A stretch of 63,971 nt of DNA, filler included, from Dimargaris cristalligena (taxonomy: Eukaryota), in NCBI GenBank assembly GCA_003614675.1. It is 5 parts of 5 records of this genome, joined end to end, with 100 filler letters (N's around TTAATTAATTAA, not from the genome) between each part and the next. Parts side by side here need not be neighbours in the genome. Positions count along the whole stretch, not along the records: positions 51,739 to 63,971 come from ML003045.1; 4 more parts are not named here. One strand, 5' to 3'. Of this stretch, positions 52,287 to 63,971 are shown piece by piece (the first letter of the stretch is position 1; the number at the start of each line of letters is the position of its first letter). The notes beneath the pieces were generated by a model. It saw only the letters and a program-made list of their open reading frames with translations. It had not been told where the DNA came from and did no database searches. The position numbers and the translations under genes were made by a program.

Positions 52287-52853
52287 GTATGTGTGTATGT
52301 TAATTTGTTGGATATGGGCTTTAGCAGCACAGCCTCATTATGTACACATTTATATTCCTGGGGGCTACCTCATCCTGCATTTCCAGGCCTGGCGATGACC
52401 CAAACTTTAGTGTAAAAATAAATGATACTCTGTGGCTTAGTTCCAGAGGCATGTGGCTCGTTTTTATTGTTAAATCGACAAGCTACGTGGGCTTTACTCC
52501 TTACGTATATTTCTGAAGCTGGGCCTTTGGCCGCCTAAAAAGTGTAAACACTATATGCATCAGAACAAGTCGAAGTCTGTAGTCCATCGAACTAGGTATG
52601 GCCAGTCTTGGGCTATTTTAGAGGAGCCGTGAACGAAGAAAACCTGATCCTCAGATGCCCAGTTTCATCGGGGGCGTCGCAATGCCTTAATCCGGGAACC
52701 ATTTACTGACTTAAATGAACTAAATATTTACTAGGTGTCCAACAATGGGTGTGCCTTAAATTTAGATTGATTGAACATGATACCAAGCAGTATCACTAAT
52801 TTACCGGCCGTTATAAATAGAGAGGAACCGCCCCCAATTCATTCGTCAGTCCG

Positions 52854-54005
52854 CTAAACCAGCTGGGCCACATCCTTGCTAATAATCTCCGAGGGATCTT
52901 TCGCCTCAGTATGGATCGCCCCCGCTCCAGTTAAGATAGCGATACAGTTGCGGATTTCCTCGCGGGCCACCTGGCGAACGTCGGCAGGATAACGTACCGT
53001 TTTGAACCAATCCTGGGCATCTTTTTCGGAGTAGCGGAACCGCTCCATCAGGAACGCTAGGGAGCGGGGCAGCGAATCAGCGGTTTCCTCGGAGGATTCG
53101 ACAGTGGGGGAACGCATACCGGTCAGGAAATCGGCGACGGCCTGGTTGAGCACCGCCAGGAACCGCTGGACGGTGGCGCGACCTTCGGTGGAATCCAGCA
53201 CCCGGTGGACGCGAGCGGCAATCGTAAAGGACGACCACGGGGGAATCACATTTCCGATATGTTTCAGCACTTTCTGGTCGTAGAGGTTCTTGGTGGTAAA
53301 GAGCTCCCAGAGGAACGCATCAATCTGACCCGTCACGGCGCCTTCGGTCAGGCCGGGAAGATTGTGGAGGACCTGGAATTGTAGGCCACTAGCATTTCCT
53401 TTACCATCACCCCCCTGACTCCAACCGTACTTGTCGGCCATGTACAGTGACATGATATGACTGCCACTGCCGTACCGACTGATACCCATCGTACCGCCCT
53501 GGAGGTCCGCGATTTCCGTGGGGCGGGCATTATAGCCGGTGGACACGGCCCAACACAGCGGCGATTCGACGTACGTGCCCACCATGCGCACCGGCGACTC
53601 GGCGCGGGTATCCAAATCCGCCGCCGTTTCGTTGGCGATGGCCGTGGTCAAGCCCTCGGTCACACAGAAGGCCAAATCCAGCGTTCCTTGTCGGAGACGT
53701 TTCAGCATATCGCCTGTGCCCGCTTCGCAAATAACTACCTCGATGTCGAGACCTAGGGCCTGGAAACGACCATCGCGCTCGTAGAGGAAGACCGGCGAGG
53801 AAAAGTGCTCGGGAACTACGGGGGAGAGAATTAAATCGGGGAATGGTAAAAAGGGGGAGGGGTACCAGAATGAGCCGTTGTGCATTCAGTGTCCAGTTCC
53901 CTCGGGGATAGGATACAGGTTCAACTTGGCCGGGTAAGCCGATAATGTAGCATGTATGCAAACGGCTAATGGGCAGAACTTACCAACTCCTAGACGTAGC
54001 TTCAT
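52854..54005 (-). CDS. SsuA/THI5(NMT1)-like type-2 periplasmic-binding-fold protein (Ca3427-like); exons 53984-54005, 52854-53815
   Basis: Spliced start MKLRLGVVPEHFSSP; GTGDM, TEGL, GTYVESPLCWAVSTG, GISRYGSGSHIM, DAFLWELFTTK, PWSSF motifs. Confidence 0.8.
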
Positions 54006-54741
54006 GGTGAATAGTGGTGACTGGTAGGACGAAATAGGTATATGAATATATTAAGAACAAAGTATAAGGAGTAACAAGTCAAAATGCGACAATGCTCTAG
54101 CATGCGGTAGAGGTAGGAATGAGGCGAAGGAATGTTCAACCCATTCCCATAACTAACCGCCGTAGTTTCGTCTGGAACCCCAGTGGTTACGTTATGGCCT
54201 GTGTCACGAAGATAGGCCGTTCAGTTTGTTTGGGCCACTGTTGCTTCCCACGGCAATATGATGTTCGCCCACTGGAATTATCTCCCTCCAAGACCAAATA
54301 ATTGCAGCTAGCTATCCAGCGGCCCAACGTTAAGAGCAGGTTGCTAAATAGCGACCCGATTAAACAAGTGGTTTAATGAAAATGAGTGCTATTTATAGAG
54401 TCACTAAATAAAAGGCCGCAGACGGGAGACCGCGAATATAAGGTAAAGGAAACATTTTACTGTAATGAAAAGATAAGCGTGTGATAGTGAGAAATATGGC
54501 AAACTACAAGTCCGCATAGGCCACTCGGGCGGTAGGGGAGAGCGTTACAGGGTCGGTGCAATCGACCACGATGCGAGGTGCGGGAGAGAAGAATAAAGCA
54601 GGAATGAGAAAAAGAGAGAGAAGTGGTATATATTTCAGCCGCTTGGTTCTCTAGCCAATTCTACGTAAACCATGGCAGAGACGGGTGAACTAAAATATAT
54701 AGAAGAGAGGAGCAGGGAGGGAGAGAACCGGGGCGAATGGA

Positions 54742-55683
54742 TTATTTCCGCTTCTTCAGACCCTTCTTCTTGTCAATGGCCGACTCGTCAATCAAATTCT
54801 GGGCATTCAGGTCCGCCTCGTCGGCCTTCCACGCCGCAATCTTAGCTTCCAAACTCTCGTAGTAGTCCTTATTTTCCTCCAACACCCGACGGGCCCCTTC
54901 GGCGCGACGTTCCGTTTTCTCGCGCAGTTCGCGGATTTTCTGGTGGCCCAGCATTTCGGACGCCAGTTGGAAAATTCCCTGGCCCCAGCCGGGACGGAGC
55001 GAGTTGGCCTCCTGGACCAGGTCCATCATTTCGGTTTCGAGCTCGGCTTCAGCGGCCTGGAACTGCGACCATACGTCGTCACCAATGGTACCGGACTTAA
55101 CCAGGGCACTTAAAGTTTGTTTCTTGGTTTGCAGGTCAATGGCCCGACCCACATCGGTTACAGCCCGCTTGATCAGGGCTGACTGAAGAACGGCGGCGGG
55201 TACTTGGTCACCGGCGTCGAGAAGCTCGTAATATAGCTCACGTTCAGCGTGTTCGGGGAACCATGATTCCAGTTGGTTCAGAGCTGTGGTGGTTATATAA
55301 TCGGGCAAATAAAAGGAGTTATTCGACAACAGGCAGAGGGGTGTGAGTAGACGGCATAATGAGAAACCAAGCAGTCCCTTGACTTAAAGGCTATTGTCAC
55401 TAGGCAATAACCAACGCCGGGTGGTAGTGACTGGCTGTAGCAATTATAGTTTAGCATACATATATTTATAAATGCAATTGAACGAGAATGCATAAACCGG
55501 GCCGGAGAATGAAGGATGTAGGCACTCCCCATTGGCAGTGTTATGGCCAGCTGGCTATGGAATGGGTACGATGATTGGGTCGTACTTACCGGTTTGCTTT
55601 CTACGGTGGTAGACGGAGACGAAGCTACCAAAGACAACGGCCCAACCGGCGGCGTATCCGGCGAGTAAAACGTAGGAGGACAT
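54742..55683 (-). CDS. SEC66: Sec63-complex subunit Sec66/Sec71; exons 55590-55683, 54742-55283
   Basis: N-terminal TM (MSSYVLLAGYAAGWAVVFGSFVSVYHRRK), WFPEHAERELY, LQSALIKRA, GTIGDDVW, EANSLRPGWGQGIFQLASEM. Confidence 0.9.
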
Positions 55684-56726
55684 TATGACGCAGGAATAGA
55701 AGTAGTGGAAGTGACGGGATGGTAATTACAGCAGTGTGCGGTTAATGATGGATGCGACCAAGGAAAGTTTTACAGAGGACGTGGAGTAAAAATAACGGAC
55801 CAATGGAATGGATAAAAGTATGGAAAGCCGAAGGAATCACCGGGCGTTGGATAGATAAGAGAGGGGGACAGTAGTTAGGTTTGAAGTTGACGGGGGGAGA
55901 TGTACCACTACAAAACGTCAAACAGGGTTTGAGCGGATAATGGTGGCCCCTTTCACCATGCTATAATAATAGGCCTTGGTTGAGGTTGAATTGTCAGCCA
56001 ACAGACGGTCAATGTATGCCAATCCGCTGGGTCGTTGTGATTGGCCAGGATAAAGAGCGAACCCCCGCTCTTCCCCTCAGCCCTATTACTTTGGGCGTGG
56101 CGGAAGAAGGGAATTAGGCCCTGTATGCTTTGTGAATTAGTAATTGGCACTATCAGGGATGGTTTAAATTTTAATATTCAATTAGAGTCGTAGCATTGTG
56201 ACTAGTTTATTCTAAGGCCATCAGGGCTACATATATAGACACACACACACATATATATATATATATACTGAAAGGCACCTGACGTCAACTAGTGTCCACC
56301 GGTCGCTGTTTACATTTTAGCGAGACTGCTAAATACCACTGACACCCCTCCCGCATTGCCTATTAATCATACACAAGTACACATTGGCCTGTCAATTGTC
56401 TGAACCTTCCCATTAATAGGCTGAAAACACAATAAGAATCTACGGAGATTTAGTAAAAAGGGGGATTTATAAAAAAAGGTAGATTCGATGGTTTGGAGTG
56501 AAAATATAGGCGAAGTTCGGATGGGAATACAGAAGGGGAGGACCGACAAGAAGCACTGAGCGTGATAGCGCAGTCGCTGGCGCACCGCACCTGTCCCTAG
56601 AACATAGGCTCGGAAGAAAAGCAGAGGCACGACAGTCTTCGACTGCACCATGGCAGATATACCCGGGGAATCGAGTCAATAGAATTGAGGACCTCTAAAT
56701 ACATATACGTATATATAGATGTATCC

Positions 56727-57108
56727 TTAGAAACCCAGCTCCTCCTTGGTCATGGCACCGAGCTCTTCCTTGAGGGGCTTAAGCACCTCGAGGTACTGCT
56801 GGTACTGCGATTCGTTCTCGACCTTCTCCTTCAGGGCCTCGAAGATTCGGGTGGGGACGGTGAAGTCGTTGACGCGGCGGGCGGCCTTGAAGGCGGCCTC
56901 AATGACCTCGGGGGAGGGGACTAAATCGTACGAGAAGCAGTTGTTCAGACCACGCTGGAGCTCGAATTGTTCATCGACACCTTCGAAGAACTTGACGTAG
57001 CGTTCGTTGAAGGCCTCGAAGGATTCCTCCTCATGGGCGGATGAGTAGCTACGCAGGACGGCACCTGTGAGTGGGTAGAGAAAGAGTGGAATCGGGGAAG
57101 TAGAGAGG

Positions 57109-57142
<34 letters not shown>

Positions 57143-57405
57143 GGAATCAAAAGTGAAGGGTTAATACAGTGAATATGCTGAGGGGTGCATAGGTTCAAAA
57201 GCCTGGGTACATATAGTAGGTCAGTTTATCGTTTGAACTATTCAACAAAAAAACGCATAGATCAAACATTGCCTCGTCATAGCCACCTGGAAGCATATAT
57301 GAGGAGGGGCTTACCGTTGAAGATCGGGGCCTGGCGGGCAACGATAGCGTTGGTAGCGGCGCGGGACACGGCAGCGGCACGGAAAGAGGCGGACAGACGA
57401 AACAT
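56727..57405 (-). CDS. COX6: Cytochrome c oxidase subunit Va (yeast Cox6); exons 57315-57405, 56727-57064
   Basis: Presequence MFRLSASFRAAAVSR...; HEEESFEAFNERYVKFF...FELQRGLNNCFSYDLVPSPEVIEAAFKAARRVNDF...RIFEALKEKVEN...EELG. Confidence 0.94.
57113..57140. repeat. (TA)n microsatellite in the COX6 intron (others at ~4568-4590 and ~44263-44288)
   Basis: Direct TA dinucleotide runs. Confidence 0.8.
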
Positions 57406-58866
57406 GTTGCTGAGATCGGGGGTTGGGGGAAATATAAATATAAAACAAAAGAGTTTAGGGGAATGAGGGGGTATAGAAAGAGATTGCGAGATAACTCTAG
57501 GTGATTATTAAACAAGCGAGCGATTCAACAGCAAAGTGTTAGAGAAAACCCAAGGCAGGTAGGTGATGAGAGTATGGGGGGAGGGCTTAGGGTGAAACCG
57601 CCGGCCTTCGGCTGGAGACCGTTCCGAGCCATTCATGACTATCCCTCGTAGAAGCCGTTGTGGGTGTGTGTGTTGGGGCAAACCAACCTATCCAATCTTT
57701 ATCTCCCCACATACAATCAACTCTCCTTCTGGCCTAGTCGTCACGGCGGCTGCTGCTCCCATGATGGGAAAATTTCGTACTTTTCCGGGACCAAAATCTA
57801 CCCATGGCCAATCAGCCATCGTTGATTTTTAAGCTGCGAAAAGTCACCAAAAATAGACTAATGGGGAAAACCTGAGCCAGGGTCCAATTATTTCCCCCCA
57901 TTTCTTTAAATAGTCACCAGCCCCTATTGTAATGGCAGAGAGGGCCAGAGAACCACCACCGCGGCGGTACACCTACCTACGGTAACAGGCCCCATCTACC
58001 ATAAACCCCCATTGATAAACCGTCTCCCAGGTAACTGGGCTTATCTTATAAACGGCCATATGTCAGAGGCACGAGTCTTTGGGCCATTAATCAACAAAGC
58101 CAGATGGAGAGAGAAAGACCCCACCAACGACCTCCACTCTCCACCCGTTAGTTACAAACTCCGCGGAATTTCCCAAAACATTTTCTAGCGTCTACACTGT
58201 AGCGCTGCGAATAGCGTTTACGTCCTCAGGTTTGGGTCAACTAACCGTCCACACTGGCATCTCCCTTTGTCTTTGGTGTTCGCGGAGAGGGATTGGTGCC
58301 AACCACACCCGTCACAGTACAGCCTCTGTGTTGATGAAAAAAATCCCCCGTGGAAGTCTCTGCGTCGCAAAAGCAGCAGCCGGTAGGTCTAGGAGTGTAC
58401 TATGCCCACCACTCTACATAAAAAACCGTCGACATCGCCTGCACCTTAGCCTGAGTATATGATACACGGCTCCTTCCTGGGATACCCCAAGCCGCTTCCT
58501 TCCTCAAGTGTTCTCTATTCTGTCCTTACCACCTGTCTCCACCTCCACCTCATATCACACTGTTCATTAAGCCAAGGCCTGCCCTGTCAGGTACTCACAA
58601 GCCTATTCTTAGTACTCGGCCGTTTCCGGAACCGTACCTCCTTGCTTCCTTCGGAGTAACCACCAAGTGCTCCCCAAACTGTCCTGAAGCCCCAAACTGA
58701 CGTGCAAGGGTCGCGCACACGGCTGCCGCTGTTACTACTTTTGACATTCCGAATTCTTCCCACATTCCACCTACCGGCCAATCCACATTCTTGTCCATTG
58801 CAAGCGCCTGTCTCCCCCTACCACTACCCTCGTACCCTCACTGCCAATTATATTTGTTCCTCCACC

Positions 58867-60387
58867 ATGGCCGTCGATTTTGTTGATAGTTACACGCTCC
58901 TCAAATACCATGGCATCCGAGTTCACCTCTACGACTACGAACTCCTGAGCCCTAAAAAATGGCTCAACTATACTCTAATGGACCTCTATTACTGGTAGGT
59001 GATTTTATTTTATTTCATTTTAAGTTCACGCCTATGGCCACGCCGAACCCATCGAGAGGGCGCACTCTGTTCATTAATAATTGTCGAATACACCGGCATG
59101 AGTCGAGCTTGTTCCTGGGGGGGGGGGTCGCGGGTTACCTGAATTGCCCGCCTGGAATATTGTCTCCCGCGTCCATTGGGTTGGGTCACACGATGCACTC
59201 CACCCCTCCCCAATATTCACATCCTCTATGCCCACTTGACTCGCCCCTTGGCGCCCATTCCCCCCACATTGCCCTCCGCCGGATACAGTTACCTTAAGCA
59301 GAAGTTTCTGCCGAACATTAATGCCGTGGCTCTGCTTCGCCCCGTGCTGGCCTACCGCCTTACCCGGGACTTGGTCGACGACCCTAACCTGATGGCTGAC
59401 CTGCCCAAAGAACTTACCCGAGCCGAACTCATTTTTATTCCCGTCAATGACAACAATGTGCACACCAAAGCTGCAGAAATTCACTGGTAAGTGATGCCTT
59501 GCTATACCCTCGCTACCTGCATTCTTCGTCCGGGCCCAATCGGAATATCCGGTTACAACTTACTTATACCCAGTTCTGATCTTGTGGATATTATACCTAA
59601 TTCCGGTATTTCATGTTCTTTCTAGGTCACTGCTGGTCTATTCCCGGACGATGGGTAAATTTTATCACTACGACCCGCTCGGCAAGCACAACCTAGCCAT
59701 GGCCAAGATGGTTCATAAAAATCTGACCGGTCTTCTCCGAATTGGAGGTAAGTAACCAGGGTAATATTTATTGGCTGAAACCCCCTCCCCCCTCCCAAAT
59801 CTTGGCCAACTCACCGTTAGGGTATGTCACATTATAAGCGGTTTAGCCACCCTGACTATCTTAAAGGAATCACATATGCCAACGGGTATAATAAATACCC
59901 CCCGCTTACCTATGGTGCCCACTATGTTTATTTCTGAAAAACCCGACAACAGACACGGAATTCGTTTCTCTGAAAGTGCCGAATCAGAAGGCCTGTAAGT
60001 ATTAACTAATATGTATCCGTGATCCCAACAAATTCCACCGGCATGTACTTTTATGTGCCTCTGGTTTGGATCCGTCCTTATATTGTTGTGCTACTATATG
60101 GCTTACATTACACTAACACTATTATTATGGGATTTTTCCACTCCGTCTACTCTATTGACCAAGCCTTCGACTGTGGAATATACGTAATTATGTTCACCGA
60201 GGCCCTACTGCGCCGCTCATTGCGGTTAAAGGAGGCATTGGGTAGCTGGCCGTCGAAAATGTCCGAGGCGGACGATTCCAGTTCGATTTGGGAGCTATCC
60301 TCTTCCACTTTTAGTTTCCCGGTAGACATGCGTCAGAGATTGAAGGGGCTGATTCGGGAACTCCAGCTCGAGCAGGTATATGGATAA
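58867..60387 (+). CDS. Ulp1/C48 cysteine protease, NEDP1/SENP8-like; exons 58867-58994, 59289-59486, 59626-59747, 59953-59994, 60164-60387
   Basis: Spliced motifs LLKYH...KWLN, IFIPVNDN...HW|SLLVY...FYHYD, VPNQKA|SFDCGIYV supply the His-Asp-Cys triad and oxyanion Gln. Confidence 0.8.
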
Positions 60388-62623
60388 TAGGGGTGGGTTC
60401 GAACTGAGTCAATATTATCCATCCGCCTCCCTCCAAAACACCGCCGATATATTCTAATTTGGTTTGGGTGGCGCCCGGCAGCTCTACATTACTTATTGTA
60501 TTGCAGAATAGTTCTTTCGGGTCATTTTCCATTACTTGTACAGAATTCTGATCTGAAGATCAGTAGTATACATTGGTCCGGTTTGCTTGATTATTCGCTA
60601 TTTTTTTCCTAAACTGTATAGGTCAGGTGGTTTGTTGACCTTTGGAAATATGATTAATACTATCATAAATATTTATTATAGGTGTAGTCTGAATCACATA
60701 TATATATACATATGTTACTCTGACTCATGGGGGCTATCTGTAACGACTTATCGTTACCGACCTTTACCCGATCGCCACTGATCGTTTAGGCCATCTGCAT
60801 AACAAGCCATAGCTCTTGCCCCGGAGGGTGTCAATGTCAGTCCCACTGTGCAGCAAGGTAGTCTATGAATAGGTGAGTGGGGGAATTGCAAGACGGAATG
60901 ATTCAAGAAAGGGGTTGGGGAAGAGTGCGTGGGTATGTGCAGGTTGTCTATCGCTATTTGCGCATTACCCCTGGGGCTGCACATTAACCACACTGAATCA
61001 TTGTAAAAAATAGGAGACCGTGAGTCTGGCGGTTGGATGGGTCCCAGATGGGAAGGTAGAAGTTTATAATTTCGGTCGGCGGCCCCTGTCTCTGAGATCC
61101 CGAACCGAGAACTCAACGTTCTTCTCACCGCCCCGCATATCCCTTATTCGGGAGCTACACCACGGTTCCATTTTGGCTGAATACCCCACTCAACCATTTT
61201 TCCTATTAAGTCCCCCCGAGTATGAAATAAATTAATCTCCCCGGGCGGTTCATCGAATTGCACAGACAATTATACCATTAGCATTTGAGGGGTGTAGGTC
61301 CCCCCTAAAGACCCCACATGTGCTACTTAGTCATATCGAACAAGTAGAGTCATTAAATTTACCCCACCAGCTCATTTAACCCCATTAACGCTTAATTCTT
61401 AACCACACTAATCCGACTTCCATTTTCTCCTATCCATTCAATATACCCATCTCCCCTACTTTATCGACCAGGCCGGCGTCCCCTTACGTACGTGTAAGGG
61501 TGGCGTCTTAGCCACCTGAATGCCTGTCTGACTTTAATCCCTAAATGATTTTACGGTGCGTATTTCTCCATTCATCCGGTTTCCGCTTTCCTTTTTATGC
61601 CACCATGGCTGCGATACTCTCCTTTTCATATTTGTTCAACTGGCCAAGTCAGCCGGAGGCAGTGATTCGAGTTAACATCCACACACGTAAACAGATGCAA
61701 TGGCCTGCCTATCTCCCCTGTCTTCTGGGACATGCTCCTGCCAGCAACGCGGGTGGATAGGGAGGGGCATTGCGGATGGCTTGCCCGGTTGAACTAATAA
61801 TAATAATATATGGGGAATCCGGCCTTGAATCTCGGCAGGAATGACTGGGTCCATTGCTTAGACTTGGTACTCCATTGTTGTATGATTGATGCGGGGGACG
61901 AAAACCTGTCGGGCTGACTGGACTCGGCGGGAAATGACTGATTCATGACTATGGCGGGGACAGGGGTAAAGTCGGATGCGGATGCAGAACGGGTGAACTC
62001 CACGCAAACCCCATACGGGCAACTGTGACTGGATTAAGGAACGGTGAACCCCTCCCCCCCCACATGCACACCCTCACCCCCACCAAGGGTGATGGCGGAG
62101 TGTGAGTGGGTGAAAGGGGCGAGTTGACGATGGTTCGAACTGCCAATAGGATTGAGGAGGGCCACTCAAATCAGACGGACGGGTTCTTGAAGAAAATGGG
62201 GGAAGATTCTGTGCATAGCCATAGACTGGGTAGTAGTGGGTGTATTAGGGCGACCATATGGCGTACCTGTCATTTCCCCGGGCCTGTCCGCCGAGAGCCG
62301 TCCCGGGCAGTATAAAAACCGGGCCCTTTGTCCCCGGATCAAGATAGCGTAGCCAGCTTGCAGTTCAGTTCACTTGTTAAGATAACCCTATATTTCAGTA
62401 CACATTAATCCTTAATTTCGCCCACCCCGGTTTTGTCCTTCTACATACTGACCCAAATTGGTCAATAATTTGCTGTTGTTCATCCACCTCCATCTCCATC
62501 TCCTGTTCGATTGGCCCGTCGGTGTCCTTCATTCTGTCCATATTTCCCTTGTTTCTAGGTAATCGCATTTTGCGTCTCCCCCCACCCATCTCATACCCCC
62601 CCCCATTCTACACGCAACACACA

Positions 62624-63175
62624 ATGAAGACCTCCTTCTCGACCGCTCTGTCCCTGTTTATTGCCACTACGGCGCTCACTTGGAGCCCCGTCTCAGCGGC
62701 CGACGGCACCTGCGACGCCCAAGTGGTCGTGACGGAATGCCTGAAGAACTCGAACAACGCCTTCGGTGCCTGCAGCGCCACCGACTACGCCTGCCGCTGC
62801 CTGGCCCAGGAAGCCATCGCCGGCTGCTACATCAACTGCCCCGACCATCCCGACTCGCTGGGCGCCCAGGGTAATCGCCAGATCTACTGCAACCAAGCCT
62901 CGGCCGAGGAATCGCGCACGCACACCACCTCGACCACGTCGACTTCCACTTCGACCTCAACGAGCACGAGCGATTCGGCCACGACTACCGCATCCATTTC
63001 CACCCGTACGGGAACGACCACCGGCACAGGGGCCCGCGCGACTGGCACCGGGACGCAGACCGCTACCGGGACTTCCAATACCGAGGAGGACACAAGTGCC
63101 GCGGCCGGCCCTTATGGAACCTCCCTCATGGCCATGGCCGCCCTGGTGGGCTTGGGGTATTATATTAACCACTAA
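62624..63175 (+). CDS. GPI-anchored Ser/Thr-rich secreted protein with 8-Cys (CFEM-like) domain
   Basis: Signal peptide MKTSFSTALSLFIATTALTWSPVSA; 8 Cys (CDAQ...CLK...CSATDYACRC...CYINCP...YC); T/S-rich stalk; hydrophobic C-terminus after an SAAAG omega-like site. Confidence 0.85.
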   Translation: MKTSFSTALSLFIATTALTWSPVSAADGTCDAQVVVTECLKNSNNAFGACSATDYACRCLAQEAIAGCYINCPDHPDSLGAQGNRQIYCNQASAEESRTHTTSTTSTSTSTSTSTSDSATTTASISTRTGTTTGTGARATGTGTQTATGTSNTEEDTSAAAGPYGTSLMAMAALVGLGYYINH

Positions 63176-63971
63176 ATTAGGATTTATTTACATTAGTATT
63201 TGGGTGAGAGAAAGTGAGGGAGAGGTTGTGTGTGTGTGTGTTTTAATGAATGGGAGCTGCCCCCTCCCCTCCCCATCCCTCCCAACTTCCACTCCTCCCC
63301 TTCTCTCTTTTACCCACTGGTCATCCTGTCAGATTCTCTCCCCAACTTCTTGGTCTGACTATTTAACTGCATCTCATCAATAATAAACCGGGCTCTCCGC
63401 TGCCATATTATTCAGAAAAATCCGCCTATCTATATGATAATGGGATTTTAGCGATTAGCCAGAGGAGCGACAGACGGAGCCAACGTACGTTCATGGTTTA
63501 AGACGGCCTTCTTGGCTTTATCCGCTCCGCGAACTATAATGTTGTTCAGAAGTCGATTGTCCGATTGCCACACAATCGACAAGGACAAATTGTGGACTAT
63601 CCAGCAGTGTCAATTAATTATATATTTTAAGCCATCAGAGGGGAATTAGCGTGTGCTACCTAAACAAGGCGATTGGCCCGCTCACATGATCCCTCCCACT
63701 GATTGGCGAAACCGCCTCTAATTACCCGCCCCAGCTATCTCTTCTACCGCCTCCACCAGAGAGATTTTTGTGGAGGGGGGGAAGCCCACTCGACTCGACT
63801 GGTCGGTTAAATTATGTCGCACTAAGGAAGCGCGGGTAGCATCGGAAACGGCCGTAAACACAGGTATGTATCTTACAGTTGCACTGAATGGTGAAAACAA
63901 GGCGCAGTTGGGGCTACATATTTAAAAGGGATGGCTGAGGTAGGCAGGTGGCAGTTGTACACGCACACCCA

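Overview
Eukaryotic, fungal-type genomic DNA (GT-AG introns, GTAAGT/GTAGGT donors, CTAAC-like branch sites). The gene set and the animal-like UHRF1 suggest an early-diverging fungus; this taxonomy is inference only. The window is not one locus. It is five ~12.8 kb contigs joined by artificial N44-TTAATTAATTAA-N44 spacers at 12854, 25787, 38719 and 51639, so adjacency across spacers is meaningless. Housekeeping genes read with exon models: GCN5, UHRF1-like, Rab11/YPT31, TIM13, an IDO-family dioxygenase, a MUN/C2 (Unc13-like) protein, a PPR protein, Urb2-like, a SsuA/THI5-like binding protein, SEC66, COX6 (Va), a NEDP1/SENP8-like protease and a GPI-anchored 8-Cys protein. Most notable observations: (1) a UHRF1 homolog (UBL-PHD-SRA-RING, no tandem Tudor) with an extra C-terminal tail carrying a histone H3 mimic (TARKSTGRHATKSMGGK); (2) LTR-like repeats and pseudogenes with CpG loss and CA>TA / TG>TA (RIP-like) hypermutation; (3) a head-to-head inverted pair of 62-aa secreted, dibasic-site peptide precursor genes; (4) a dispersed family of ~144-bp hairpin (MITE-like) elements. 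Exon boundaries and family assignments were made by eye, without database searches.
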